DNA of 64,000 nt. Origin: Paragordius varius. Lineage: Eukaryota; Animalia; Nematomorpha. The stretch lies in NCBI GenBank assembly GCA_964247055.1, contig OZ176056.1, positions 3,100,001 through 3,164,000 of the forward strand, written 5' to 3'. The notes under the pieces are model-generated. The model saw only the letters and a program-made list of their open reading frames with translations. It had not been told where the DNA came from and made no database searches. Below are positions 37,001-50,760 of this stretch, in pieces (position 1 is the first letter of the stretch; the number at the start of each line of letters is the position of its first letter). A program made the position numbers and the translations under genes.

Positions 37001-40000
37001 GTAATGTATTAAATTGTTTATCATAATTAGATAAATTCATAGTAACCTCACATGGGTTTTTTAACACTTGGATACAATGCATTCCTTTCAGTCCTTCAAT
37101 TTGAATTGGGGTAGTAGGATACCCCAGGCCTGTTTGAAGTTAAATTCTTTAAAAAATATGGAAGGAAACAAAACCATGGCAAAATTTGCACTTATATAAC
37201 ATTAATAAACCGAAATATAAAAAATATTTCATTCAAACACTTGCTCTCCAAAGGTAAAAATTTAGTCAACGTGACATAAATGCATTAGTTTAATAAAAAT
37301 TAATACAAAATAAACCACTTTTTCTGTTTCTTCAATGTTAGATGTGATTTTAATAAAAAAATTAGCTTTAATTTTACCTTTAAGAATGAACATATTTCGA
37401 AAAAATGTTATAAAGTAAAAATGGCGGCAATTAGTTTGACATGGAACTTTATTTTAAAAACAAAAACTTTATTTAGATCACTTGGGTTATTTATATAATT
37501 TGTAGAAGCATAAATTAAATTGGGACCGTTTCAGCAGTAGTTTATTAAAAATATTAAAAACACAGTGTGGGGTATTTAGATACCCTAATTCGAATCGAAG
37601 TTATAACATGTCAAATTCATTGATAATAATCTATTTTTTTATCTTTAAAAATTAAGTTTTGAACAATAAACTCATTAAAATCTGAATATTAAACAAAAAT
37701 AAATTATATATTCACGAAAAAATAAATATTAACTAAAGAGAAATGTTTACTTATGGCATAAATAATCATTTTCTAATTTTTCTAAATTGATATCGCATAT
37801 ATTAGACGAAACAAACTTCAATTAATTATAATATATTATTCAGATTAAAATAAATATCAATAAATAAATTCATTTTTTAATTGTGAAATATTCTCTAAAA
37901 AACTACACAGTAAGCGCTAATAATAACATATGTTGATCTGCGTTGTGTTTTCATTAACCTTAAAACATATGTTGTTGTATAATTTAATACTGATATTTTA
38001 AAAAAAAACTTGAATTGTAAAGGGATAATAAAGGCAGAGATGTTAAACACACGCGGCCTTCCAATAAATTATTGCGGCGAGAATTTTCAATTATAAAATT
38101 TTACGGATTAAGTAAAATTTCTTTCCAAATTTTGGCAACGAACTAGTAAATAAACTTAGAATAAATAGTAGTTTTTATAGTTTTATATTTTAAACATATT
38201 ATATTTGGCTCGAAAATGAGGCCCGTGAAGCCAATTTTGTTGGCCTTTAATATAAAGTTTTTCTCATGATATTGAATGGAATTTAAAGATTTTTTCGCTT
38301 CAATTTTATGTAGCCTAATATTATATCTAATTTGCAACGGACGTATCGATATTTTGCAACGATTCCTCAATCTACCCATTTGGATTTATCGATATTAATT
38401 AGCAGGTTTTTATTTTGCTGTTTAAAGATTATGCAAAAAATTTCTCTCTAATTTGAAAAATCAACTCTCATTAAAAATTATTTCTGCAAGCTCAATTTAA
38501 ATGTAAATAGGATATTTTTAGAAATTATAGATCATATGACATATTTATTTAGATCTTTACGGGCTCCAACAGAATTTATGTGTAAGATTTTAATTTAATT
38601 TTTATGTGTGTAAATATTTTCGCTGAAATTCTTAAACTTTTAAACTTAATTTTATCGATATGTATGATCGGCTTAAAACTTTAGAAAAACCCTTTTATTC
38701 TAAAAATAATATTTTATAATGATCTTTTATTTGTAATTATATTATGGGTTTTGCTTTGATTTAATAGTCGGTAATTAAATATAATTGTCTTTATCGATTT
38801 TAACATTTGCATAAGAAATGACATAAATCTTTACTTTGTACACTATTGCTACATTAAATTTCTGACATGTTGGAAATATCCGCTTTAAAAGTGTCGCCAT
38901 ATCACAACTTTTTGTTATGGAAAAGATAGAAACGGATTTTGTATGGTTTTCAAAAGTTTGTATCGGCTGTATAGTGGCGTCCCCGGTGCACAGATCCTTG
39001 ATGACTGCTCTATATTTTGCTAGTGCCAAAATTTATAATATTAACCTAAATAAATTATTTTTATTGTGCGGCCGGGGCCTACCTAACCCATTACTACCTC
39101 TTGAGCTCTAATTTTTATCGATTTAACTGAAAAGTATACTGTTATATTTATACATTAACGATCGAGAATTCCGTAATATCTAAAGAATTTATATGAACAA
39201 AAGTTAAATCATGATTCGTGTTGGCCAATGATTGATTACTAGAAAAAAATATATAGAGAAAACTTGAAAATAATTTATTTGTTCATACAAGACAATTTTA
39301 AAGCGGTTAAAATTCAAACTTGGTAGGGGAGCGTTTGTAACTACCGTTTATGCATGCAGTGTTGCCTTTAGCATAGCGATTTTTTTTGATAAGTGTATAT
39401 TAACACTTGAATGCAACACATTCATTTTAGTCTGATTCAAATAGGGGTCTTGGGGACTCCAGTGTTTAATACCAAATATTTTTAAATAAATGGAACATTA
39501 ACGCATTTTATATTTTGCATAGAAATGTAAATAAAAGATTCATTTTGTGACTACTTATTTTATGGAATCACCGGGTGAAATTTAAATCGACATGAGATAA
39601 AAATAATGCAAGTTTAACCACTTTTTCTGTCTATATTAGATATTCAATAAAAATTAGCTTAATTTTAGCATATAATTATATAAAAACGATATTTTAAAAA
39701 AATATTAAATGGCATCAAAGTAGTTTGATAGGGAACTATTTTTAAAACTAAATTATATTTAGATATTTCGGCTTATTTATATTATTTTTTATTGGATAGG
39801 AGAATAAATTTAAATTGGAAACGTTTTTTCAGTAATGAAGTGTCAAATTGACAGATTTATATTTTATAAATGTAGTTGCGGGCCTAAGTGGACGCGGTTT
39901 ATGTACCAATGAAAGTCTTATGCTTATCAAAGACTATGGTTTGGCAATAGCATATACAATAACACACGAAATCGGACATTTGTAAGCCTTATAAATTAAA

Positions 40001-43000
40001 ATTTTTTAATATTTTTTAATGAGTTACAGTAAAATTTATAATCATGTACAGACAAAACGTAAAAACTACAAAAATATTGATTCAAATAAAACATTCATGT
40101 TATTTAAACCTTAATTTTTCCTACATTAACTGTTACCAAAAGGGTTATGCTGACCAAGTCGTCAATGATTATTTATTTTTCGACCATGGTCATTTAAAAC
40201 AGCTGTTTTTAAAAAATTGCCTATTTTTTTGGAAGAGAGATGGTAAGATTTTATTGTTTTTAATGGAGAAAGATAAATTTTATGATTTGTTAGAGGCAGA
40301 AATAACTTCATTAACGAAAGACAGAGAAATTATATTTTGTGGTGATTTCAATGGGCACGTGGGACAAAATAGGAGAGGTTTGCCTTGGCACGGTGGAAAA
40401 GGTTACGGGGTTATAAATGAAGAAGGGGCTAGTTTATTATGATTTGCCCAATCTTTTTGCTATAACAAATACTTTTTTAACTAAAAGGGATATCCACTTA
40501 ATTACCTACGAAAGTGGAAATAAGAATCACAAATCGATTATATTCTAGTAACACGAAAGTCTTTAAAGTTTGTTTTGGACTGCAAAGTGATATCTAACCT
40601 GCAGATTAGCACACACAATTTAATTATGTGTAAATATATGACAGATATACCAATAAATGCCAAAAAGCCTAAGCTTATAGCGCCGAAGGTAATTAAATGG
40701 GATTCCCTAAGAAACAGTAAAGAATGATTTGTAGAAACGGTAGGCATACTAGACAGGAACAGCGATCCAGAAAGTGTTTGGTCTCAGGTGGCAAAAAAAA
40801 TAAGAGAGGCGGGAGTTAAGGTGTGCGGAATGAAAGGTGGCAGAAATCAGGTTTATAGAGAGGCATGGCTGAAAGTCGAAAGAATAATTCTGAAATCGCG
40901 AGAAAAAAGAAAAGCTTTTAAAATGTGGAGGTTTACCCACCAAGTAGAAGACAAGAAAAAATATAAAAGGATTAATAAGGAACTTAAAAGGCTTGTAAGA
41001 TTGGTCATAAAAGAAAAGACGGCAATCATTATATAAAGAGTTAAACAGTAGCAAGGTCTAAACAAAGTTTTTAAAATTGCTCGACAAAGACACAGAAGAA
41101 AGCTGGACTCCCTTACGCGACAGCTATTAAAGATAAAAACGGCAAATTACTCGTTGAGGAAGCGAAAATATTGAAAAGGTGGAAAGAATATTTCCAGGAC
41201 CTTGAATTGGGCGTCAGACAAGTTTACCCGAAACACCAGATTATAAATCTGCGCATATTGAAAGTATAACAAAGTCCACGCTGGTTTAGAAGGGATGTCA
41301 ATAAATAAGGCTGCAGGTCCAGACGATATTAACATAAACTGTTGGAAAATATTGTCAGAGAAAGGTATTGAATTTTTGGCGGATATTTTTAATAATGTAG
41401 TTACTACAGGTATGATACCAACCGAATGGAAGGAGAGTTTCACTGTTCCTATTTTCAAGGATAAAGGAGATATTAATGATTGTAATAATTACAGAGGGAT
41501 AAGATTGATGTCGCATTATTTGAGAAAGTACTAGAGAAAAGAATAAGAAAAATGGTTAGTATAGAGGGTAATCAATTTGCTTTTATTCCAGGAAGATCGA
41601 CCATTGATCCGATTCACGCAGTAAGAAGGCTAATCGAGAAGCATATAGAAATGAAAAAGGAGTTGCATGGTATTTGTATTGATATTGAAAAGGCATTTGA
41701 CAGAATACCTCGGAGCACAATATGGTGGAGCTTAAGACGGAAAAAGGTCCCTAAAAGTTACATAAAGATTTTAAAAAGCATGTATTAATCACACCAAACC
41801 AAAATTAAAACACACCAGGGAATATCAGGTCCTATTAAAATAAACGAAGGGGTCTATCAGGGGTCTGCAATCAGCCCGTTACTATTTATAATATGCATGG
41901 ACGAATTTCAAAAGAAGTAGGGCAACATGATGGCTGGTATTTTCTTTATGCAGACGACCTAATAGTGCTGTCCGCCAAATTGCATGAATTAAAAGAATTG
42001 GTGGGTAAATTGATTGATGTGTTACGACGATGCGGATTAAAATTTAATAAAAAAACGGAACTGATAAATTTTGGCGGGAAAAAACGAGAAATAGAATTAG
42101 AAGAAGGGTGGGTATCAAAAGGTCAGGAGGAATGCAAATATTTAGGATCGATATTAGCAGCAGATGGCTCTTTAACACTTGATATTAATTTAAGAATTCG
42201 AAATAGTTGGGCAAATTATAAAAAGATCTCAAGTGTTTTGTGCGACAAAAATATTGACCTAAAAGTAAAGGGTAAGATTTACAGTGCTGTTGTACAACCA
42301 ACAATGATGTACAACTCACAGACATGGGCAATAAAGAAATCAGAAGAGAGGCACTTTGAGGTTACTGAAATGAGAATGCTTAGATTGATGTGCGGTGTAA
42401 CGAGGAATGACAAGGTGAAGAATGTCTACATAAGAGGAAGTACGGAAATCAAACCGGTAACGCAAAAGATGATGGTAATGTTTAAAATGGTTCGGACATG
42501 TTGAAAGAAGAGATAAAAATTACATTGGTAAAAAGATTGATGATTATATTGTGAAAGGCAAGAGGAGAAAAGGGCGCCCTAAAACGCGATGGATAGATAC
42601 AGTTAAGAGGGACATGGCAAAACTGAACCTAAAACGCCAAGACGCCTTAGACAGGGTTCTATGGCGAAATAGTTTACGGATATGACCGCTCGAAAGAGTG
42701 ATATCATATAAAGTAATTATTATTATAATATATTTTTTAGAAAAAATAAATTAAATATTTAAATATGCTTATTAAACAATTAAAATGAATCCTTATAACA
42801 TAAGCAAATATGCTTATCCAGTTATTACGAAAACAAAACAATCAAGCACTTTGCAAAATATCCAATTATTCCATATATGTGAAGCAATAAATTGAAAAAA
42901 TTTCTTATAAATTTCAATGATGAAAGAAAGTGTAAAATAAACTAGGTTTTTATTTGAAATATCCAATTTTTGAAGCTATGTATTTGAAGATCCAGAAGGC

Positions 43001-45759
43001 ACCAAACATGTGGCAAACAAAATTCTTTTGATTAAATTTGATTAAGAATATTTGTAAATAATAAATATTAAAAAAGTTTATAACACAAACTTTCAAGAAA
43101 AAACACGACATTATTAGTGAGACGCAAGTGTCGTTCGAACATTATTTTCACAATCCAATATCGCATGATGATTACTTAAATAAAAAGTGGTCGGTCATGA
43201 CGGTCATGACCATGGTTTGACTGGGTCAGACTAGACTTTTTTGAAAAAGCAGTCAAATGCACAACCCTAGTTACCAATAACATCTATATTCTCTATTTTG
43301 CGAAACAAAACTATGTGTTAAATTTAGAAATTCACAATTTAAAACATGGCTCTCTTTTTTTAAAACTGTATTTGTCTATAGTTTTTACGCTGTGCCTGTA
43401 AAATTTTTCAATTGTTATCGTATGTTTAGATTTGGTTGTCTCCATGATTTTAACACCACCGCTTGTGATCACCCAGATCGACGTGGCTTAATGCATTATG
43501 ACGTTTTCAAATACCAATTGCATAAATGGTCCGATTGTTGCCGAGCTCAAATTATTAATTTTATTGTGTGAGTAAAAAAATTTAATTTAAAAATTGAAAT
43601 TATACTGATATAAATGAAAAAAATCTAAAAGACTATTTTTTTCTAAAAAAGAAACTTGTTTTTTAATCTAACTTGTCATTTTGAGTAGAAAAATAATTTA
43701 AAATTGGTAAAACACTCAATTATATTACGTTTGGATACAGCACATTCATTCAGTCCCTCGATTTAAATTAGGGTAGTTAGATCCCCAGTTATAATTAAAT
43801 ATTTAAAAAATATTGAATAAATTGATACCCATGGCAAAGGTTGGCACTTATAATAACACTACAGAAATATAATAATAAATTCATTTATAATTACTTGATA
43901 TTACTTATTCAGAGGTAAAACCCAAAGTAAATTTAGCCATTATGACATATGTTATAAAAATTATGCAAAATATACCACTTTTTCTGTTTATATTAATGTT
44001 AAATTGGTTTTAATAAAAAAGTAAATTTTATTTTAGCCTTAGAATAAAAACCATATTTTCCAAAAATGTTGTAAAACAATGGCGTCCAAAGTAGTTTGAT
44101 ACGGAACTTTTTTTTCCAAAACTAAATTTTATTTAGATATTTTGGTTTATATTTATAGTTTTTATTTGGATAAAGCATATATTTAAATTTAAACCGTTTC
44201 TTTTAGTAGTTTTATAATAATATGAATTTTTATATTGTCGGGGGTATTTAGATCCCCAATTTGAATCGAAGTGTTAATTGAAAATTTATAGTTTATGTGG
44301 AAAATATTAAGGTTAAAAAATATAATGTCTTTGATCCTTATATTCATCGTTATCTTTCTATGTGTTTTTATAATTATAATTTTGACTCTACTGTACATCA
44401 TGGTACCAATTAATTTTAGACAAATGTTAGGTTGCAATTTATTAATTTATATTGGAAATTTTGGTTTTAGTTCCAATTCAAGCGAATGCATTAAAAATGG
44501 TATCCCAAAAAGCTTTTATCCACCTGTACACTTGCCCGGTCAGGATATAGATAAAGTAGTTTGTGCAAATCCACAATTTCCCAATGCCGAAACCATATAT
44601 TGGGTAAATAAATAAAATTTACAGTAAAAATTGTAATTAGGACGGACAAAATGTAATTAAAAGACAAATATTTTTGCAGCCAATTTTCAAACCTTATGAT
44701 TTTCCCTGCACAAACTTTTACCAGTTTAGATTACTGATGCTCATTTAGTAAACCAAAATTATGAGTTATACATATATAAATCAAGATTAAAAAGATATAA
44801 TTGATTGTCTTTTTACCAAAAAAATATATTTATTTTTTCTTTTTTACCCTTTGTCCGTATAATTTCAACTTTTACTGTATAACTTTAAGGATTACTGTAT
44901 CGTTAAAATATTCAAAAATACAATACGTGTATTTTTATTTTATAGTATTCGAATTGTACCACTGTACTCTGTTCATCTGATGCCAATTTTGAAACAGTTT
45001 TTGAAGCTAATTTCGTACCCTGGGATGGTTTTCCATGTATGAGTCGACGTGACGCCAATTTTATAGATTTCGAAACTGTTGATATGGACCAAGGCCCGAT
45101 CTCGAACGATAGCACAACAAATCAATATAATATAAATAATCATTATTTGTTATCTCAATCTTTCGGTGAGGTTATACACGCAATTGTTTTTTTCTTCTTC
45201 TAAAACAGGGGTGCCCAACACAAATGCGGGCCGCATTTTCAATTCAAAAGATTCAGGCGGGTCGCTTTTAAAATAAACATGGGCTCATAAATATTTTAAT
45301 AGATTTCAAACAAAAGACTGTAAAAGCAAACATTAGATTAAAATTTTTTAAATGACAATCTTATTCTAAAAAATTTGTTTAAAAATATCAATTGTACTAA
45401 GTTGTTAGCATATTTTCACAACTGTAGATTACCAAATTTTTCGCAGGCCGCATCGCATTTTGGCCACCTCTGCTCTAAAACATATTCCTTTAATAAACTA
45501 AAATTAATTTAGATGTGCTATCGGGGTGAATGTCGAAATCAAAGTCAAGTATTAAACCAATTACAAATTGGTTGGGGTCCTTGGTCCAATTGGACCGAGT
45601 GTGTTAATGGAAAGCAATTTCGTCAAAGGCATTGTCAATCTCTTCAGTATGTCTTTTTTTTAAAAATATTAAACTTTTTTTATACTAAACAATGAATATT
45701 TTTTATTGGTTAGGTTTGAATTATGCACAGGGGATTTTGTGACATCCGTTGATTGCTAA
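34031..45759 (+). CDS. Short ADAMTS-like M12B metalloprotease (pro-domain, catalytic, disintegrin-like, one TSP1)
   Basis: Frame-consistent exons 35049-35136, 35267-35405 (NFVLEPI), 35574-35716 (RNRRR furin site, YYIETG), 36926-37000, 38314-38405 (HLDLSILISR), 38553-38581, 39876-39981 (AYTITHEIGH), 43430-43567 (LFGCLHD...GLM...WSDC), 44471-44603 (LPGQ), 44946-45170 (WDGFPC), 45513-45646 (CYRGEC, WGPWSNWTEC..RQRHC), 45714-45759 (CTG...C*). These total 448 aa. The candidate signal exon 34031-34161 and the exon(s) between it and 35049 are unresolved. Confidence 0.85.
34727..35001. mobile_element. hAT-type MITE (intronic)
   Basis: TIRs CAGAGGTGGCCAAC / GTTAAACACCCCTG. Confidence 0.6.
37061..37606 (-). 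mobile_element. piggyBac-type MITE, copy 3
   Basis: TTAACACTTGGATAC... is the reverse complement of the right end of copy 1, and the interior is colinear. Confidence 0.8.
38800..39030 (-). mobile_element. mariner transposase N-terminal fragment (intronic fossil)
   Basis: KYRAVIKDLC resembles the mariner start EYRAVIKFL, followed by a degraded S.T..W..FKR-type helix-turn-helix segment. Confidence 0.4.
39400..39846 (-). mobile_element. piggyBac-type MITE, copy 4 (internally deleted)
   Basis: Starts TTAACACTTGAATGCAACAC and ends GAAGTGTCAA, having lost the subterminal palindrome on that side. Confidence 0.7.
40250..42735 (+). mobile_element. RTE-clade non-LTR retrotransposon, 5'-truncated and decayed, in an ADAMTS intron
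   Basis: APE endonuclease motifs IIFCGDFNGHVG and SQIDYIL. RT motifs KAAGPD, YRGIRLMSH, QFAFIPGRST, DIEKAFD, QGSAISP, YADDL, KYLGS. C-terminal RGRPK.RW. Broken by stops and frameshifts; ends in an (ATT)n-like tail. Confidence 0.92.
43726..44277 (-). mobile_element. piggyBac-type MITE, copy 5
   Basis: Ends ...TTGAATCGAAGTGTTAA (44277). The other terminus is degraded and the interior is colinear with copy 1. Confidence 0.8.
45206..45472. mobile_element. hAT-type MITE with 8-bp TSD
   Basis: TIRs CAGGGGTGCCCAAC / TTGGCCACCTCTG. Flanks TTCTAAAA / CTCTAAAA match at 7 of 8 positions. Confidence 0.75.
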
Positions 45760-46979
45760 CTAGTTTTGAGTGATTTACTTGCTGTTTTACCAAAATAATT
45801 TTGGTGAAATATTATATATTATCAATAAAATGTAATTTTTATGTTTACTTAAATAATTAAAGATGATATTCACAGATAAAGCAAAAATGGAAAACAAATA
45901 TCTATAAAATATCATAAAATAACTTTTATCCAAATTTAGCTTTTTAAAAAATATTTAATATTGAATTATTCGCATATTTAGCCAATCCATTATTTTAGTT
46001 TCACCAAATAATTAACAAAGAAAATGGCGTTTAAATTTAAGAAAAAAAATCATTATTAAAATATAGGCAACTAACTCGCTAATCATTGTAGAAATTTTTA
46101 TTTGGATATAAAAAAATTATATTAATCTATTATTACATAGTAGTCCAATCATTTTATCAAACACTCATAAACCGAAGAAAAAAATGTAAAAATGCAAATA
46201 TTCAAATTTATTAGCAAAACGAATTTTTATCAAATATATATTAGGCATGGTAAAAAAATTCTCATTTTTTGCGTCGACCCCATAATTGTGGATTTGGATA
46301 AAACCAATGAGGTGGATGCCGCATTACGTTATTGTATGGGTTAAATCCTTGCTGTGGATGCATGTAATGGCAATATAAAATCCCAAACAAACTGAATGCT
46401 CCAATTAATGTTAAAATATAATTTGCCAAGAATTTCATAAGGTTTCAGAGGGCAAAAAAATTTTTTTTTTCAAACGGGAAAAAAAAGTGAGATACCAAGA
46501 TGCGTAGTTAAATAAATTAAGTATAGTATTTAGGCATTTGCTGTCCACGCTTTTATACCTTTTTATTGGGTGGATTACTCATTTATTTTGTTCGTTATTG
46601 ATTGCGTCTGATATTTTATATAACTTTAATATTTGATCAGTTAGTAATGATCAAATAATATATGATTAATCATGCTCTATATATGTAGTGTTAAGAGGAT
46701 TAATTGTTATTTTTATATCTTTATTCAAATAAATTGATTTGTAATATATATGAGTAATATATATATCATAGGAAAAATATTTTAAACCAATTTTATTAAA
46801 AGCCTGTAAAGTTATATGTTAGATTTTTTTGCATATTTTTTTTTATTATGAAAAATTAAATTAATTTTTTTATACACCTATCATAAAAATATATGAGTCA
46901 TTCTCCGCATCGTGAATTTTTCGTTCAAAATATAATTGACATATTTTATTTTTTATTTTATAATATATTCTACAGATAA

Positions 46980-47904
46980 TCTATATATTTATAAAAATGG
47001 AAAATGCTGGCTTTGTGATCTGGTATCTCCCGACAAAAGCTTCGCCCTTTTTTTGAAATAGGCCCCCAATTCGAGCCCACTCCGTTTGAAAAACGGGTTA
47101 AACAGAAGTCCACAAAAATCGAATCTTTGAGACAATTTTTCGGAGAAAGTGTTGGACCATTCAATTTCAAATATGATTGATTACTTATTTTCGATTGCGC
47201 CGAACATAGCCGTCTCGCTTTTTTGATTTAGGCCCGCTTTTTACCCGCTCCCCCCGCAAAATGTCATTTTTTTCAAAAAACAAAGTCCCCAAAAATAATT
47301 TTTTAAATCTATTTTTCGCCCTGGGTATGAGACAGTAAAACAACATGGATTCCACGTATTCCCTGTTGAAAGGCAAAAATTTTAGTCAAGCGTTTCTTTG
47401 ATGATAGCTGCTGGGTAAGGAGCTACCCGCTAAAAACTGATTCCTCATGTAACTTTGTGATCTGTTTCCGGGAAACCGGGGAACCCAATCAAATCCAAAT
47501 ATCGAAATATAATCATTAATAAATGTCACGACAATAGCTTCGCCCTTTTTTGAAATAGGCCCCCAGTTCGGGCCCACCCCGTATGAAAAACGGGTTGAGA
47601 CAATTTTCCGGAGAACGTGTTGGACCATTGATTTAAAATATGATCGACTCACTTTTTTGATTTAGGCCCTCTTTTTACCCGCTACCCCCGTAAAATGCCA
47701 TTTTTTTCAAAAAACAAAGTCCACAAAAATAATTTTTTAAATCTATATTTCCCCCAAGTAAACAATATATTAGTATGAATGCACCGTTTTAAAATTCATA
47801 AATTATGTTTCGAAATCACTTTATTATCCCTTATTTCAAAGAGCCCCCCCCCAGAAGTCGGAAGGACTTCCTCGTGCTGCGTAGCAGCGCGAGATTTACG
47901 CTAG
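46980..47904 (+). mobile_element. Non-autonomous Helitron, short type, copy H4
   Basis: A|TCTATATATTTATAAAAATGG start, CGTGCTGC-GTA-GCAGCGCG hairpin, terminal CTAG|T. Colinear with H2. Confidence 0.85.
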
Positions 47905-50039
47905 TTAATCACTAAAAATGAAGGAGATTACATAAAATTAATAATCTTATAATCAATTTAAAAAAATTAGTCAAGATTTTTCAATTAAACCCCTGGACAG
48001 TACCTTATCCTCTGTTAAATACGCCACTAAAAAACGTTTCAAAGCACTTTATAGGATCATGTGGATTAATATCGCTATGAAAGCAAAAATATTAGTTTAT
48101 TTAATCACCACTTAGTTAAAGACGTACTGTGTTTAAATGGGTATTTTACATAACGAGGTAAGTAACATATAGGGGACCCCGTGAGACTATATGAATATAA
48201 TAATTTCATATATTTTTCATTTTAAGGCAGTAATTTTATAATCAGCAAGTTAGGGCCGCACATTAAATACGCCATCATATAGAATTAACATGGCGTTGAA
48301 GCATGTAGTATACTGAGACATAGATTTAATGATATATTTGTCAACAAAATTTTCGTCCATAGCTTTTTTAAAATTAACACATGGTCAGGTCTGCAGTTAA
48401 TCGTAAAACGGATCTAAACATAAAAGATGTATATGTAACAAAATGTTTCCTGTTTTTTTGCACAAAAAATATTAATTCACGGACTATGTTAACGACAAGC
48501 TACTACTGATAAATTATTTTTTTTGAATACATGCTTCACTGCGTTTTTAGTGCTGATTTTGAGATATTTTTCTGTGGTTCTGAACATAATTTGGAAAGAT
48601 AAAATCCAACATTTATGAAACTCAAGTCACTAAACAAAAGTTATCTATCCTACTTTGGAGATACTTGATAATGTAAACAAAGGCAAAAAGAGAGGCCGTG
48701 CTACTCGCTGGTCTAATCAGCTCAGGTACACATATATCTCCACACAATAACAAAAATGACCGTGAAAATGACAAGAATGATGAAATATTTTTACCAAAAT
48801 TGCTCGTCGACATCGATCATAAACATCATTCACTATCAATACAACCTTCAGATAAATCTAAGTTAATTAAATTAATTATTGATATGGATTAATAAATAAA
48901 TATTTATTAGCCACATTATTCGATAGCTAAAAGTTTCAAGATATTAAATAACTAAATGATAAATTTATGCAAAATTAGAAAATCGCTTTTTTGAACATTA
49001 GGTCAAATAAAATTAAATAATTTAAACGACAACAATATTTTATTAGTAATTTGTATCATACACATAAAATATTGAATTTAATTTTTCAGAGGGTTTTTAA
49101 AGAATTACAATAATTGAAGTTAAAAATCGTACTTTGGAATTTAAATCATAAACACGCGTTATCATGCGATAAAAGAAATGTAATTTTTATTCTTTTCATA
49201 GTGGTCTCTAATATTAAAAATGATTCAAGCCCTCATAAGAAAAGGAATTTTCCAATTTGCAAAAGCGAAAGTAGCGAATAATTTTGCATAAAAATAGACA
49301 GTGCAAAAAATCGATAAAATATCTGAAATATATGTGATATAAAAATCTCTTAGTATTCTCTTGTTGCATTTGTCTTAAGGTTTTAGGAGTGAAAGTTATA
49401 CACTTTTGTGCTAATCGCTGCATTTAAGGAAATGGCAACGCATATTATAATAAAGATATAGAGTGCTTCAATAAATATCATCAAAATATATCATAAGCTT
49501 TATTTAAAAACAAAACAATATTTATATCAAATTTTAATTTTTAGATGTGAGCGTCATGGTTTTGCTTCTCATTTGGGTTTGGTTTTTTTATATAAACTGA
49601 AATGCGATAAATAATTTAAAAATATGGCACATTGCTAAAAAAAATACCGATGAAATATATATATTCTGATAATGTATCAGGATTTCATGTTCCTTTTGCT
49701 TTTGGCAGTTACGAGTAATATAAGAAAGTTATTTACACTTTTGTGATAAGTTCGTCATAATTGTGGCAAAATTTGCGAGCATTTAAAGAAAAATATTTTG
49801 TTGAAGAGACAACGCTTTATTCCGAAAAATATCACCTATATATATATATATATATATATGATAAATTACATATAAAAGGCAAAACAATATTTTAAAAAAT
49901 AATTTTTGATGTAAGATAACCCCAATTTTTTTTGCCTTTTATAATGTGCTAGCCATCGTAAAATAAACGTGAAAAGGCCGACAGTGTACGATAAAAATTT
50001 TAATTGTATGTCAAATTATATCAACTAAAAACAATGTAA

Positions 50040-50410
50040 AAAATGCATTTTTATTATATAATTGGCAAAACTTTGTTTAAGCGTACTTCATACTCTTTTG
50101 AAACATGATGAAAAAGGTAAAAAACGATTTAAGATATTATAAAAACACTTTTCCATATAATAATATGAGGATGCTTTTCCTTCGCTTCAAAATTTTAATT
50201 TACAGTTTTCCTTTCAAATGTTGGCGTATATTTGTAAAAAACTGTAACCAAACTTAGGTGATTAATAAGTATAATTAATTATAGTGTTTTTAAAACTTAA
50301 AGCGTTTATGCTATTATGATTAAAAATAGCATGATACGCAAATTTGCTAAAAATGATATATTAAAAAAAGTATGCATTTTTTTAAAATATTTTAATTTAA
50401 AATTTAGCAT
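50040..50410. mobile_element. Foldback MITE, family E copy
   Basis: AAGCGTACTTCATACTCTTTTGAAACATGATGAAAA arm and an inverted partner ending GCATGATACGC...GCAT. It lies about 350 bp upstream of the Wee1 ATG. Confidence 0.5.
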
Positions 50411-50760
50411 ATAAATTTTTTATCGCGCAATCTGAGCATATTTGGGTTTATTTAAGAGAACTAACCCATTTTGAACGGCATCCAAAAAAATCAAATTTTT
50501 ATTTAGTAGCAAATTTGAAAGGATTTTATAAATTTAAATTTTTAATTTTATTTTACTCATTTTTAATAAATATATAAATTCAACTTTATTAAAAATATTA
50601 TAAGTAGCATTCATACTTTACCCGTTATAAATAAATTTATTCAAAAATCCTTGTTATTTTTACGCAATTTTCCCACCAAACATTTTACGTTCGGATTATA
50701 GTAATATTTGTTCACGTGACCTGCCACAATTTTTAAAAATTATTTTCGCACACATCACAT

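Noticed and set aside
39303-39410. Spliced-leader-RNA-like arrangement (GGTT...G|GTA, Sm-like AT8GA, 3' stem-loop)
   Set aside because: The 3' stem is formed by the adjacent MITE terminus (AAGTGT/ACACTT), the other stems are weak, and it is single-copy.
48622-48892. Overlapping short ORFs on both strands near 48.7 kb and a coding-like stretch at 48200-48400
   Set aside because: No recognisable motif and no frame-consistent splice chain could be built.
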